Source: Octopus bimaculoides (Eukaryota). Taken from it: a stretch of DNA of 64,000 nucleotides. Of the stretch, positions 39,929 to 52,594 are shown piece by piece; position 1 is the first letter of the stretch, and each line of letters begins with the position of its first letter. The notes below the pieces were generated by a model. That model searched no databases. It saw nothing but the letters and a program-made list of their open reading frames with translations, and was not told the DNA's origin. Location: positions 22,252,183 to 22,316,182 of the forward strand of contig NC_068984.1 of NCBI RefSeq assembly GCF_001194135.2, read 5' to 3'. Both the position numbers and the translations under genes were made by a program.

Positions 39929-40495
39929 ACATATGTATTGTAAACGTGTGTGTACATGTGTGTGTATACGTGAGTTAGAGGTCATTCGGTATGTTGCTGC
40001 TAACAAATTCTAAGTCTATTGAAATTTCCCTCTTGGTGAAATACAAGGAAAACCAAAAGCCTGACGGTAATTGTTGGTGACCCTGGATATAAAAGGGAGA
40101 TAATATCATGACATTAAGAATGAATTTCACAAAAAATTATATTCCATGCTTAGGGACGAGGGAACCGGATCTTTATACACCTTCAGCTCCCTACTGTTCC
40201 CCCTCCTACTACCACCACTACCACCGCTACTAGTTGTGGTGGTGGTAATATTTACTTCTAACGAATGATAGAATTGAAATTGCAACGAAATACGATGAAG
40301 TATTGTCAGTTTTCTTATTTGAAATCCCTCCATGGTCAACAACTTTTCATTATCTCGCAGTCAATAAATAAATACTAGTTAAGTACTGATGCTATAGAAT
40401 TAGGGCCTTGATAACAGCAGATAATACATTCCCTGTTTCGTTTCGCCGTTGTTATTGCCTGAATCCTAGTCAGTCTGAACTAAGAAGATCTGCGA

Positions 40496-40718
40496 TTAAC
40501 CATTTTGTTATATTTCTGCTGAAACACACTGCTTGTATTTCAATTAATTTTGAAAATTAAGAATTAGTGAAATAGCTTTGTCATTATCAAGCTGCTTTTT
40601 AGAACATAAGTTAACATGAAATTACGATAGAAGGTTTTAATTTAGATCACCTTAAAACAGGAAGATAGTACCAAAGGACTAAAGACGGTCTCACGCGGTT
40701 TGGTATTAGATGGGTTCT
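40496..40718. mobile_element. Degraded ~220-bp TTAA-type (piggyBac-like) MITE
   Basis: Begins TTAACCATTTTG and ends GATGGGTTCT (decayed TTAACCC...GGGTTAA termini). The interior resembles a common Octopus repeat as recalled; not searched. Confidence 0.4.
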
Positions 40719-41269
40719 ATTTATCGATGACTACATAGTTTAATGTGACATTCGTTTGTGAAAGTGCGCTGCTATTTCTAACTAGATTAGCAGCCATATT
40801 GGTCCGTGCATAATATCTTTAGTTTAAATTTGTGCCACACAAAAGCAAAGGTGACTGCTGCTATTGCTACTGTCTTGCTTACACAATTGAAGTAGTGAGT
40901 AGTCACTCAACACTAAGATAATTTATTTGAAGCAGGCATATACAATTAAATATACATAAACATATAGATACAGGCAGTTTCTGAAGAACATTGGTTAAAA
41001 GAATTAGACTTTCAAGTCACTCTTATAAAGATCTGATATGGTAAAATATTATTCGTTACCAGCTTTACATTAAGCTATCTTTCAGATTAAGTTCGTAAAT
41101 TCAAACTTGTATGTGCGTATGTGTGCTTTCACACTCACACACATGAGTACTTTCACACGAGTGAGTCAGGGATTGTCAGCTTCAGCTGACACCCATTCTC
41201 AAAATACGCATGTACGCATATACCAGAGCTCACATCCTTCTACCTTCTTCCCGAGTTATGTCAACTTAT

Positions 41270-41471
41270 AAGGGCCAGTTTCCCGGTTTCCATGGCGTAT
41301 AAATTCCCCACCTGGACGGGACGCCAGTGCATTGCAGGATTACTCATTTCTGCCAGCTGAGTGGACTGGAGCAACGTGAAATGCTTTCCTCAAGAACACA
41401 GCGCGTCGCCCGGCCCAGGAATCGAAACCACGATCTTACGATCATGAGTCCAATACACTAAGCCACGCGCC
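41270..41471 (-). mobile_element. SINE family C variant
   Basis: CCACCTGGACGGGACGCCAG...CAGCTGAGTGGACTGGAGCAACGTGAAATG...GGAATCGAAACCACGATC...AAGCCACGCGCC. Same head and middle as 60242-60537 but a different 3' tail. Confidence 0.8.
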
Positions 41472-42904
41472 ACCACACAGGGATGAATAAGCCATTGTAC
41501 ACGTGCATATATATGTACAGGAATTGGCAAGAGTTGTAAAAGTCTAGCAGCTGCCCATTCATACAAGTGCTTCCCCCTCTTTGCCACAGTTGTTTATCCA
41601 AGAAAATGGCTGCTAACTGGGATTCGATACACTTCGACACCAGACGTTGTCACGTTGCAAAAAGCGGGAACAGATACCGCAAGGTATCTTTGCCCGAGCC
41701 CTCTAACAATTTTGCCAACATAGCTTGCTACACTGATAGATTTTTTTTTCTCTTTGCTGGTCGATATCGAAAGGAAGAAAGGTAAATTTGGTTTCGGCTG
41801 GATTTGATTCCAATGTGCTGGACCTGGAACTAATAACTAGTGGGATTGTGTCCAACGATATTACGACTCTGCCAAATCGCCGCTTTGTACAAATGCATGT
41901 GAACGCAATACATGAATATCTATATGCACAAATGCTTACATGGCTTATGGGGAATCAGCTATAACTGAGAATGCTGCTGTTAAAACCCTGGCTACGCCTG
42001 TTTGTACGCGCGTGTATATATGTATGTATGTATGTATGTAGATAGATAGACATACAATTAAGGATGATACACAGATTATAATTTTAAAATAATATTGCGT
42101 CTCTTGCAAATAAATATATATTAAACTTCGAAGTCACTGTCACCCTTCTCCGAATAAAAGTTTGATAAACATGTACACTACAAAAGAGTATTGAGTGATT
42201 CTTTTGCTTAATGTTGAATTGTTTTTATCACAATGAAACTTGACAAACACATACATACATACGCGCGTGCGTGCGTGCGTGCGTGCGTGCGTGTGTATTA
42301 TTGAAGACTGAAGCTTTAGAAAGAGTTAATCCGAATCTCTCGCTTCCGATCTACGAATTGAATAGTTTGGTAAACGGCAAAACACTAGCCATCGACCGAA
42401 TAAATATAATAATACTGTCACGAAGTATCAAATTACATTTTCTGTTATTCGTTATAAACAACACATACATACATACGCAGGTGTATATGATATACGAATC
42501 GCAGTGGTGCGATGATTTAATTCGTGTGACCTATATCATACATAGTATAGATTGTAGGAGCTATAGTATTTAACGTGGAGATGTTACTTCAGACTTTCTA
42601 TTTGGCACTCTCTAAGAATTACGAAACCTTAACTTTTATATCATTAATCATATTGGAAATACAATTGGTCCAGACCCTTGGCAATTCTTTATTCAGAATA
42701 TATTTAAGAAAGAAATGGAGAAAATACAGAATTTTTCAGAAAAATTTATGTTGTAGTAATGAATCAAAAATCTCAGTATCTATTGAAATGACAGTGATAA
42801 AATTAATGGTGAGTTTTATTGACATGAAACCAGAATATTTGAGAAAAGGATTATGATAGCTATATTTCATCACCCATTCACTCCATCATCATAACAAATA
42901 ATAT

Positions 42905-43106
42905 TGGTTTCTAATCTTGGCACAAGGGCAGCAATATGGGGGGAAGGAGTAAGTCGATTGCATCAACCCTAGGGCTCAACTGGTACTTAGTTCATCGACC
43001 CTGCAAGAATGAAATGCAAAGACGACTTCGGCGGAACTTGAACTCGGACCATAAAGACGGACAAAATACCGGCGTGATAACGTTTCTGCCAGCTCACCCC
43101 CGCCTT
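42905..43106 (-). mobile_element. SINE family A
   Basis: GGCACAAGGGCAGC...CAACTGGTACTT...TTGAACTCGG...TTTCTGCCAGCTC. Confidence 0.85.
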
Positions 43107-45142
43107 ATCCTCACGTACAATAATCATTAAATTACATGCATATCGATAGATCTATCTATCTATATATATAATTATAAGATCTGGTAATTAGTCATATATT
43201 AATATATTAATTAATATCGATTAATTATCAGGGGGCCAGCACATTTAAAGAATCAAAGAGATTCAGAAATATTATCTGCAATCTCAGGGGATTAAGGTAC
43301 ATTTTAAAAAATAACGTCGACCACTAACGTGGACAATTAATGCGCTAGAAATAGATCACATCTTGTGTCTATTAAGACCTAAAAAGTTCTCAACATAAAA
43401 TATAGCAGCATACCAAAAACGTGAGCGGGCAAGACATTTAAAATCACCTAAAAAAAAATCATTATTAAACAGGAACCAGGTTTCGGATTTAACAAATTCT
43501 TACCATTTGTCTATTCCTCATTAGCCTGATTTGTAATGTAACAGCAATTATCAGAATCGTATACATAGTTGCCCACCGCCATGGGTGCGCGTGCATATGG
43601 TTCTGCTAAATACAGCTTAATGGTAAAATTCAAAAGTCTTATGCATTTGCCTGTCTCAAACGGGTGACTACAGCGTCTTGTATGTTGAAAATTTTAGCAA
43701 TTGACATACATATCTGATTCCCGGGATTTTTTTCTTGCGGCATAATTATCTAACCAATGTGAAGCATTTTGTTATGTTAGAGCGTATCAAATAGAATAGA
43801 CAATACATGTACAAGGATACGTTAGTAAACGCATTTTGTGTGCCTTTTGCTACATATTTTCTTGAGTTAACACATGTATACACGACAACTAAATAACTCT
43901 GCATGTGATGATTAAACGGCGCTGCGTCTGAGCAGCCACTGGTTCTATTAGAAATTACAGTCAAAGCTCCTTTAAATCACACACCATATAATGTGGAGGA
44001 CACTTTGGACAATATTGTTGACAATACACAAAACAAAGGTTGGACGCGTCTGTGACGCCTTTTATTCTACATCCGTTCTATCCTGCTAAGTTGGGGCCGA
44101 ACAACTACGACAAAAGATACAGATCTCATTTTATTTTAAAATAATTTGTTTTCCATCTGGACGTCCTTCCGATCGTAGAATCCATGTGCGACAGAGTGAA
44201 AATACAGAGGAAAAGGAAAGCGGTAACATCGACACAATGAAATTGATTTCCAAGAGAGATGCGCAAGAGAAATATTTGAAAACTGGAAGCAGTATAAAAT
44301 AATGCTTTAGAGGGACACTATGAAATGCTAGACTGACACTATGTTTATGAAAGGATTTTACTGGCAAACAGGATTTTATCGGCAAAAGTCTATTTATGAG
44401 TAGAATGTAGAGCATTAAAAAATAAAGGACATTTGTGAAATATATCGTAAATGAAAGCTGAAATAAAATGGAGAGTACCAAGATACAGTTATACATATGC
44501 ACGCATTAACAACCATGCACAAACAAAAATCATATCTACGCCACATACGACACTGTCGAGTTGGCATGTCCACGCTTGTATGTGTACATATAATACACAT
44601 CTACATTCATGTGTGCGCGTCCACGCGCATTCTGCAGAGTCTATTCATTCTTTGAAAACTGGTGATTTATTCAGGACTTGCTCAGAGTTGCTCTCCTATT
44701 ATGAGAGAGAGACAATTCGATCATTTCTGCTGAGAACCACTGATAGTAAGTCAAGGAGACTCACTATTTCGCTCCAGCTTCCCTAAGCAATAACACTTGA
44801 CCAAAGTTCTTCATTGAATAACCATAACATTGATCGTGCTTCGGATTTCAGACAACTGATTACTCTTTTCATCACCTGAATGAAAGCACATGAAAGAAAA
44901 ACTACGAGTAGCGAAGGTGTGAATCATACACTTGATTATACACACACACACACACACAGTATGACCGTAAAGTCTGGATACATTGGGGCTGGCAAAGACC
45001 TAAGGCATAATACATTTTTCTTTCGTTTCATCCGTTACTCCATTACAATTGAATATTTCCTATCTAACCAGACTTTATGGTCACCCTGTATATGTATACA
45101 CACACACAGCCGTTTTGAGTTCTACTTTTCCTTTCATCGCCA

Positions 45143-45188
<46 letters not shown>

Positions 45189-45198
45189 NNNNNNNNNN

Positions 45199-45241
<43 letters not shown>

Positions 45242-46764
45242 ATGCATACATATGTTATCATGCAAAAATCAGATACGTGTTCAATATATCTGTGCATAGT
45301 GACTATTTTATTTGCATATGTGTAAACACGAGCACGGACCCATGTATGAATCTGTCATAAAATCAACATAATGGTCGATTGCAACTATCAACACATATGA
45401 ACACACTCGTATACATGTATGTGTATATGTCTAAGTAAGGTAATTGCTTTGCAACAAAATATCTGCTTCATATATATATATAGATATATATATATATAAG
45501 AACAGTCTTATGTAACTGTCTCTTTTAGTTATGCAGTTGAAGAATGCAATTAGGTAACTTCTGTTAAAGCGCCGTGTACAGTGCTCATCACGATAAAAAG
45601 CTGCTGCAAATGCCAACATATAGCTGTAAATGCCATCCTGTTGCTGCAGATGAGGCGAACCTTATCCGAATACAATTCACGATTCAAATTGGAGAATGCA
45701 AATGTGTGCATAGTTTAATTCTTATCTTTTCCTCTCCCTCTGTCTCACTATATTATTCTGTTAGTGTGGTAATGTGTCTTATAATAGCTCAAATGATTTT
45801 CTATAATTCTCTCTGTGTGTGTATAGGAGTGAGTATATATTATAAAGTCAAATCTCCGTATCACTGTCCGTCTTTCGAAAACCAGTCACGTAAATGTTCT
45901 TTACTTAAAGAATATTTTAATCTCTTGGCAACTCAACATTAAGTGGAACAGCGGAAAGAATTAAATGTTAACTATTTGGTTAGGGTAGGGGATTTTAAAT
46001 TTAGCGCGATCAGAAATTCGTTTGAAGCCGATTCAGCAAAGAGATGCTATGTGATGGTCTCTTAGTCTCTTGGACATAGCAGTCAAATCCCTCTCCAAAT
46101 GAAATTAAATTAAAAATATAATAGGATTGTCTGGAATGGCATTGATCATATTTCTCTTGGATGGTCAGGAATGACCAAGAGCTAAATAATTTCATCATAT
46201 ACAACCAATGTTGGTATTTATCTATTAGTAGATTAAAATGAAAGAAAACAACTTAACTAAAAATAGCCACGGTAGTCAACTATGCCTTTCATCCTTTCTG
46301 GATCGATAAAATAAGTTGTTTTTCTTCTGTGGCGGATTGGCGCAATTATTAGTGTCGAGCGAGGTACTGTGTAGTACTTACTCAGATTTCTTGCATTCTG
46401 AATTATTGGGTAGTTGACTTAATTCGTTACCCGATTACGTACATACATACTACCACCTGGTTTGGATGCATTAATTAGAAATAACACCGTTACATGTGTT
46501 TCGACCAGACCGTTTATACTCCCCATCTTCTTCCCACCAACTTCGCAGGATCCGAAAAATACAGGGCTATGAGTGCTGCATGATGAAACTCAAATCAAAA
46601 ATATACTGATAACTAATAGCATGTAACTTCTGGGTTTCTTATTTTTACCCAGTATTTACACGCTATTATTTATAGCTTTAACTATTTCGAGTTCAGTCGG
46701 TGAAAATAGATTATTTCACGTTCTCTCGAAATCTCTAAATTTTTATGACGTAAAAAAAATATTG

Positions 46765-46999
46765 TTGGGTTGGTGCGGCTTTTTTTCAACACATTTTATT
46801 CAGCAAAAACAATAACAATAATTAACAAAAAGATCTTTAAATGACGGTTTGACCGCCTGCCAAGCAAATGGGAAGCAGTAATTGAAGTAGATGGTGAATA
46901 TGCTCCGCAATAATCATTTAAAGATGTATTTGTTACATATTGTTATTGTTGAACAAAATTTGTTGAAAAAAAAGCCGCAATAATTATGCACCAACCCAA
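46765..46999 (+). mobile_element. Internally deleted mariner (MITE-like) element
   Basis: Inverted termini TTGGGTTGGTGC...GGCTTTTTTTCAACA / TGTTGAAAAAAAAGCCGCAATAATTATGCACCAACCCAA, followed by TA; these resemble Hsmar1/MADE1-type TIRs. Interior RFDRLPSKWEAVIEVDGEYAPQ* resembles the mariner C-terminus (LPxRWxxVIxxDGxY). The left TIR lacks about 11 nt. Confidence 0.8.
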
Positions 47000-48874
47000 T
47001 AGTATTTTATTGGTGGAAATTTTCATATTTGGTTGGCCCACAAACACATTCAAGACCTTTTTTCGTTAAACTGAACCAACATCATTGAAAGACTAAAACA
47101 ATGACAAAGAAAATAAATCATATCACTACATGAAAACTTTTTATACTAATTGTTCGCAATATTTGCAGAAATTTTATTGAAATTATATTCTCATTATATA
47201 TTAAAGCCCGCCAGCTATGATGACTACTGTTATTGTTTTTTCTTTCTCTTTAAAAGATTTACGCTAAAAATGTCCTGAAGTGTCGGTTGAACCATTGAAC
47301 TTATAATTAGCTGTAAGTCTTTGTGGCTATTAACGCTTATATTTATTTAAGCGTATGTCTGTGTATTTTAGACTGTCTATAGAAACAATATGTTGTGATG
47401 TGTCGATAGGTTCACTAAACCTGGGGTTGCTTTCTATAACCAACTGAATTATAAGTTCGCATGTGAATATCTGCGTCTTCTTCGGTGTATTGGTATGCTA
47501 GATGTGTGTTAACAGAAACCTATGGATGTGTGACAATAACAACTGTAACAAAATAATATACGCACATTCAGAAATAATTCGTCAAACAAAAGTGTTCTGA
47601 ATATAAGTGTAACGCCATAGTTTACTGGTGTACATTCAAATAAGAAGACTGATTAAAGAAAGCATGTGGAGGTATTATGTCTTTAAAATATGCGACTCTC
47701 TGCCAGAAGCTCTCATCGGGCTAACAGAGAAAAGTAACATGCCTATGGTTTGACAGGCATGTATGTGCGCCTACAATGAAACAAGGGACGTTGGAACCTG
47801 GGAAGATTGTCGGTTCTGCGTCGCAGCATCAGCAGATATCAGCACTGACGTGAATTTCAGTGATATCTTGTTAGGTGTGGTGACTATGAATATATAAGAT
47901 CATAGTCTTTACACCTACAGAACTTCAGTTACACCATGTAGAGGAAGACTTCAGAATTGATCTTTCACAGATGAAAGCCCGTTGATACACATAATAGTAA
48001 AAGTTATCTAAGGGCTTTCTACAAACTACGGAGACATCAACTCCTATGTGGCTCTTGGTGAAGCTCTGAAGACGTAGTATGTGATCAGTCCCTCTTTATT
48101 TCTTGGAGTTAACTAAGAAGCCAAGAGTCTACCTTCCTCAGTCTACCTTATCCAGGTGATGCGTATGAGGATGAGATAGAAGGAGAGGGTAACATTTATC
48201 AGCATAACAACAACGGGTAGTTGTCGAAATTAATTTAACTTCATAGAAGTTCTACCCCATTCACTTGTGAGTAAGGGAAACCGCAAAATCCAGTAGACAG
48301 TAGACTTTTTGGGGAGATTAACAAAATTAGAAAAAAATACATATTCAAATGGAAATATAAAAGAATTCCCATCGCCCACGACTACATACCCACCCGCTTC
48401 CTCAATAGAAATGAAATTCAAAGCTTCTTTGCATGACCAAACAAAGGATTGATGTAAGACACATAATTGCAGGAAGACTTTCTTTACAATTTATCGATAC
48501 TATTTCCTAATCAAGCAAACAATGCAATCAGACCACAAAAGCACAGATCGGCTATTGATATTGTGCTCATGTTTCCTCTCTTTATATAACAAGTCAATTA
48601 GTCGTAAGACGTGGTAACTTATTTGCCCTCCCTGATCACGAAGGATTATGGATTTACAGAACTGAAAGAGTTCATGGAGGAGGAGTGACAATCAACAAAG
48701 TGAGGAATTTGGAAAGAATACACAATCAGGATTGCGGAATGTTCTGATTAAAAAAAAAATATATAATTAAGATTTTCATATATCTTTTGTTGTATATTTT
48801 TTATTATTCTATGTAATCGTTTGCCATACAATTTCAAATTTACTGAATTGGCAAAAGCGTTTAAAAAGTCAGTG

Positions 48875-49012
48875 ATTTAGCCGAGTTGGTAGAGTGTCAG
48901 ACAGAATGCTTCGTAGTATTTCTTCTGACTCTCAGATATCTGAGCTCAAATCCCGTCCGGTAAATTTTGTCTTTTATCCTTTCGAGATTCATAAAAAAAA
49001 AAAAGTACTAAT
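48875..49012 (+). mobile_element. SINE family A, old 5' part
   Basis: TTGGTAGAGTGTCAGACAGAATGC...CTGAGCTCAAATCCC...TTTTATCCTTTCGAG. Confidence 0.6.
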
Positions 49013-50601
49013 CGAAGGTAGAGAATTAGTAGAATTTTTAGAAATACCAAATAGTAATTCTGCTCCAAACCTCCGTTGCTTTATTTCACACCGGTTTGAA
49101 GGCATCTTTCTCCTCAATTACTAAGTCCCTAAATGGATTATGGGCACTACATTCCATCCCGACTAAAAAGGTAAAATATTTATTGCATAACGTCTCACTC
49201 ATCTCCTCGTTTTCATACGATTTTCTCTCATACTACACGTCGTTTCAAGTTCCCCACCATTAACGTTTCATGTTTTGTGTAGGAATAATCTATATCCAAT
49301 TGCTTTCAGTGGAAAAAGGACGTTCATTATAATTTATACTGTTGTTGTTGGGCTTGTCTCGTTTCTTGGCAAAACGAGCTACATATCACTTCTTCAAAAC
49401 ATATTTTGGTTTAACATGCTTACATTTAGCACAAACTATCGGCGAGAGGTTAATGTAATACCCCTCCGTAGATAAACTTCATTGACAACATAAAGATATG
49501 TAAAAAATATTGTACAGTAGAAAACACTCATTTTGAAACAAAATGTTAGGTTGTAATGGACATTGATGCAAAGCGGGGATAAATTTCACGACACTTTTAG
49601 CAATATTACCAATACTTACAACAGTACTTACACGTATACATAGGTTTTACGAAAGGATTTTTAAATATATTTTTTTAATTATAGTAAGTTTTCATGATTT
49701 TTAGTTGAAGGTATCTTTAGTTGAAAGCAAGATACGTCTTTTGTTGATACAAAAGACAGTGCGAATATGATAAAAGATAATCGTTGTTACATTGTTATAA
49801 AAATAAATGCCTTTCTCACTGTAATCTGTCACAAGCGCACAAGGGAATGAAAATAACCTACCTTTCAAAAGGCTTCATTGTACTCTGTGAAGAAATGTTT
49901 GTGGTAATCCTTGCCGATAGTGGAGTAGGAGTTCATGCTTCGAGCGATGAAGGGTAAATGGCAATTTTTATGTATTTATTAAATACAGGAAAGAGACAAA
50001 GCGAGTAGTGCGTAGTTGTCTACCCATAGAGCATAGTATTTGAGTTGAAGTAAAATGAAAGCCTCAGTGAAAGTCACAGAGGGAACACGGACTTAGAGTT
50101 GTAGTTACTTTGGTGACGAAATAAGGAGAGTTGGTTAATGCTCTCGTAACGTTTGGTGTGATGTAAACGGGTTGAATATCTAAAGACTTAAAAGTTTTCA
50201 TATGCGAGAAACCGTTCGATAAACTGGCGCAACCTGAAGATAAATGGAAATAAAGTCACGATAAGGTCTGTGAGTGACAGGAAAGGATAACCCCCACCCC
50301 AACGTTTTAAATAGAATGATATATGGTACAGTGTGGCTGTATAATGTACAGTGATACAATACGCAGTAAATATTTTATACGCTTCCTTAATAAGATGAAA
50401 GTACTTACAGTAAACAAAAACTGGAAAATACAGGGTGATGATAGATAACATATCAAGAGACTATGTTAAGTGTAGCAGCATAGAGAACTGTTTAAAAAAG
50501 CATATGTCTGTCTGCAGCATCACCAGCACAAAAATAATTGTATGCACACATGATTAAAATAGTGATCAAAATCTCGTACCAACAAATAATTATAATAATA
50601 A

Positions 50602-50765
50602 TGGTTTCAAATTTTTACACAAGGTAAGCATGGGAGACGGGATTAAATTGATTACATCGACCCCAGTGTTTCATTGGTACTTAATTTATCGACTCTGAAA
50701 GGATGAAAGGCAAAGTCGACCTCGGCGGAATTTGAACTCGGAACGAAGCGGCAGACGAAATACCC
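50602..50765 (-). mobile_element. SINE family A
   Basis: ATCGACCCCAGTG..GGTACTTAATTTATCGAC..GGATGAAAGGCAAAGTCGACCTCGGCGGAATTTGAACTC. Confidence 0.9.
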
Positions 50766-51009
50766 ATTTCTTTATTACCCATAAAGCCCTAAACACAGAT
50801 GCGGGTACCACAAGGAGAGAAAAGACCACAGTGGTAACAAAAATATAAAACGAATGTAAATGGGATGAAATTATATAATAATGAAAAAAAATTAAAATGG
50901 CCACACGGGCTCCACTCCCATTTTAACCATTATATGTACTATCTACAATTGTTCTTTTTTTCCCTATTTCATCACGATTATTTTCCTAAAAATAACAATT
51001 TAACATACA

Positions 51010-51690
51010 TTATTTTTTTCTCTTATAGTAGAACTTCTTCAGTGGTTCAATATCTCTAAGATTCACTACTGGTGGCAACTCCTTGAATTCCACCTCCACT
51101 CCTGGTGGGTCAACGCTTTCTTCACACTTCTGTCTCAACTTTCTGTAGTTCTCTTCTTCAATCAGTATTGCCTTCATATCCTCTGCGTAAATGTATGAAG
51201 GCACCTTCACTCTTACTATTGAATGAATCTTATTTATAATCTTCCAAAGTATGTGGGTAGAAGCACTACCTCGTTTGTCTTCAGCGAGGTTACAGAGTGC
51301 AGCCTGGCGGTTGCTGCATCCATGAACCACACCACCACTGTGCTGTACTTCCCTCCTCTATTTGTATGCATTATTTCACCCCATATGGGCTTAAACGCTT
51401 TTTTTATTTGACTTTGTGTCATAATTTCAATTTTTTGACTCTCCGCTGAGCGTTCGAAACAATTTCTCCTTTTGACTTAACATGACATCTTGGGGCGGGA
51501 ACACATTTACATTTTCTCAGTCTTTTTTCAATAGTTCATTAAACTTTCCAATCTGGTTTAAATTAATATTTATCTGGTGGATTTTAACTGCCTTTGCAAA
51601 GTTCATTTTGTCTACGTTGTCATTTGCTCCAAGAAGTTCCTCTTCCGAGAAGGAATACTCAGACGAGCTCATATTATTAGTATAGGACAT
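51010..51690 (-). pseudogene. Disrupted ORF of an unassigned family, possibly LINE ORF1/gag-like with an RRM-like segment
   Basis: From ATG 51690: MSYTNNMSSSEYSFSEEELL..MNFAKAVK..*..EKLFRTL (frameshift) KIEIMTQSQIKKAFKPIWGEIMHTNRGGKYSTVVVWFMDAATARLHSVTSLKTNEVVLLPTYFGR (frameshift) INKIHSIVRVKVPSYIYAEDMKAILIEE...GVEVEFKELPPVVNL. Protein-like across three frames and homologous to 62552-62833. Confidence 0.55.
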
Positions 51691-51960
51691 CTTTGAAGCT
51701 ACGCAGCCCCCTGCAAAAGGGGAGCAGTGTAAAACAATTCAGCCGTAAAATAGCAATACAGGTGTTCAACAATACAATACAATAACAAATTAAACTCAAT
51801 TTTCACAATTTTCAATTTCTCAATGACCTTTTACACAAAAAAGTTCCCGAGAATTTTTTCTTTTCAACGGTTAACCATGTTTTGTATCCATTCGTAAAAA
51901 GACGACCGACTCCAACAGGCGTGCTAACGATTCTGCCAGCTCGCAACCTTAATAATTATA

Positions 51961-52189
51961 ATCTTTTCTACATTAGGCACAAGGCCCGAAATTTTTGGAG
52001 AGGGAGCCAGTCGATTATATCGACTCCGGTACGCAATTGGTACTTAATTTATCAACCCCGAAGGATGAAAGGCAAAGTCGAACTCTGCAGAAAGATCTTG
52101 GCGGAATTTGAACTTAGAACGTAAACGCGGAAGATATGCCTCTAAGCATTTTGTCCGGCGTGTTAACGACTCTGCCAGCCTGTCGCCTT
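51961..52189 (-). mobile_element. SINE family A (additional head fragment at ~51880-51950)
   Basis: AGGCACAAGGCCCGAAATTTTTGG...GGCGGAATTTGAACTTAGAACG...ACTCTGCCAGC. Confidence 0.9.
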
Positions 52190-52308
52190 TTGTAATGATA
52201 ATAATTACGTTCATCACAGTTTTAAACTGGACCATCAATATAATAAAGAGAAAATATTTACATTATTTACATTTGACGGATATTTGTCCTCTCATCTTGT
52301 TTGTTGTT

Positions 52309-52354
52309 AACACAACGTTTCGGCTGATATACCCTCCAGCCTTCGTCAGGTGTC
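52309..52354 (-). ncRNA. Minimal type I hammerhead ribozyme motif, core intact
   Basis: Minus strand reads GACAC-CUGACGA-A-GGCUG-gaggguauau-CAGCC-GAA-ACGU-U-GUGUU. Helix I is GACAC/GUGUU, helix II is GGCUG/CAGCC, helix III is the palindrome ACGU, the cleavage triplet is GUU, and there is one extra A between A9 and G10.1. Confidence 0.7.
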
Positions 52355-52548
52355 TCGGGGAAATGTTGAACCTGGGTTCTCATTCCTAACGATGTTACTA
52401 TTATTATATCATTATTATTAGTTAGATGGTTTGAAAGACGAGCTAGTTTTTGATAGAGTTTCTCTATATGTCTCCATCTAACTAATAATAATAATATAAT
52501 AATAGTAACATCGTTAGGAATGAGAACCCAGGTTCAAAATTTCCCCGA

Positions 52549-52594
52549 GACACCTGACGAAGGCTGGAGGGTATATCAGCCAAAACGTTGTGCT
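52549..52594 (+). ncRNA. Minimal type I hammerhead motif, probably inactivated copy
   Basis: Same layout (GACAC CTGACGA A GGCTG...CAGCC AAAACGTT GTGCT), but catalytic G12 is A at 52582 and helix I has a mismatch. Confidence 0.6.

Noticed and set aside
44765-44875. Minus-strand 111-nt exon-like segment (TTTCATTCAG acceptor, ATA|GTGAGT donor); also a + strand 108-nt one at 44638-44745
   Set aside because: The minus one has stops in all frames, the plus one has a weak pyrimidine tract, and they conflict in strand. Such pairs arise by chance in 64 kb.
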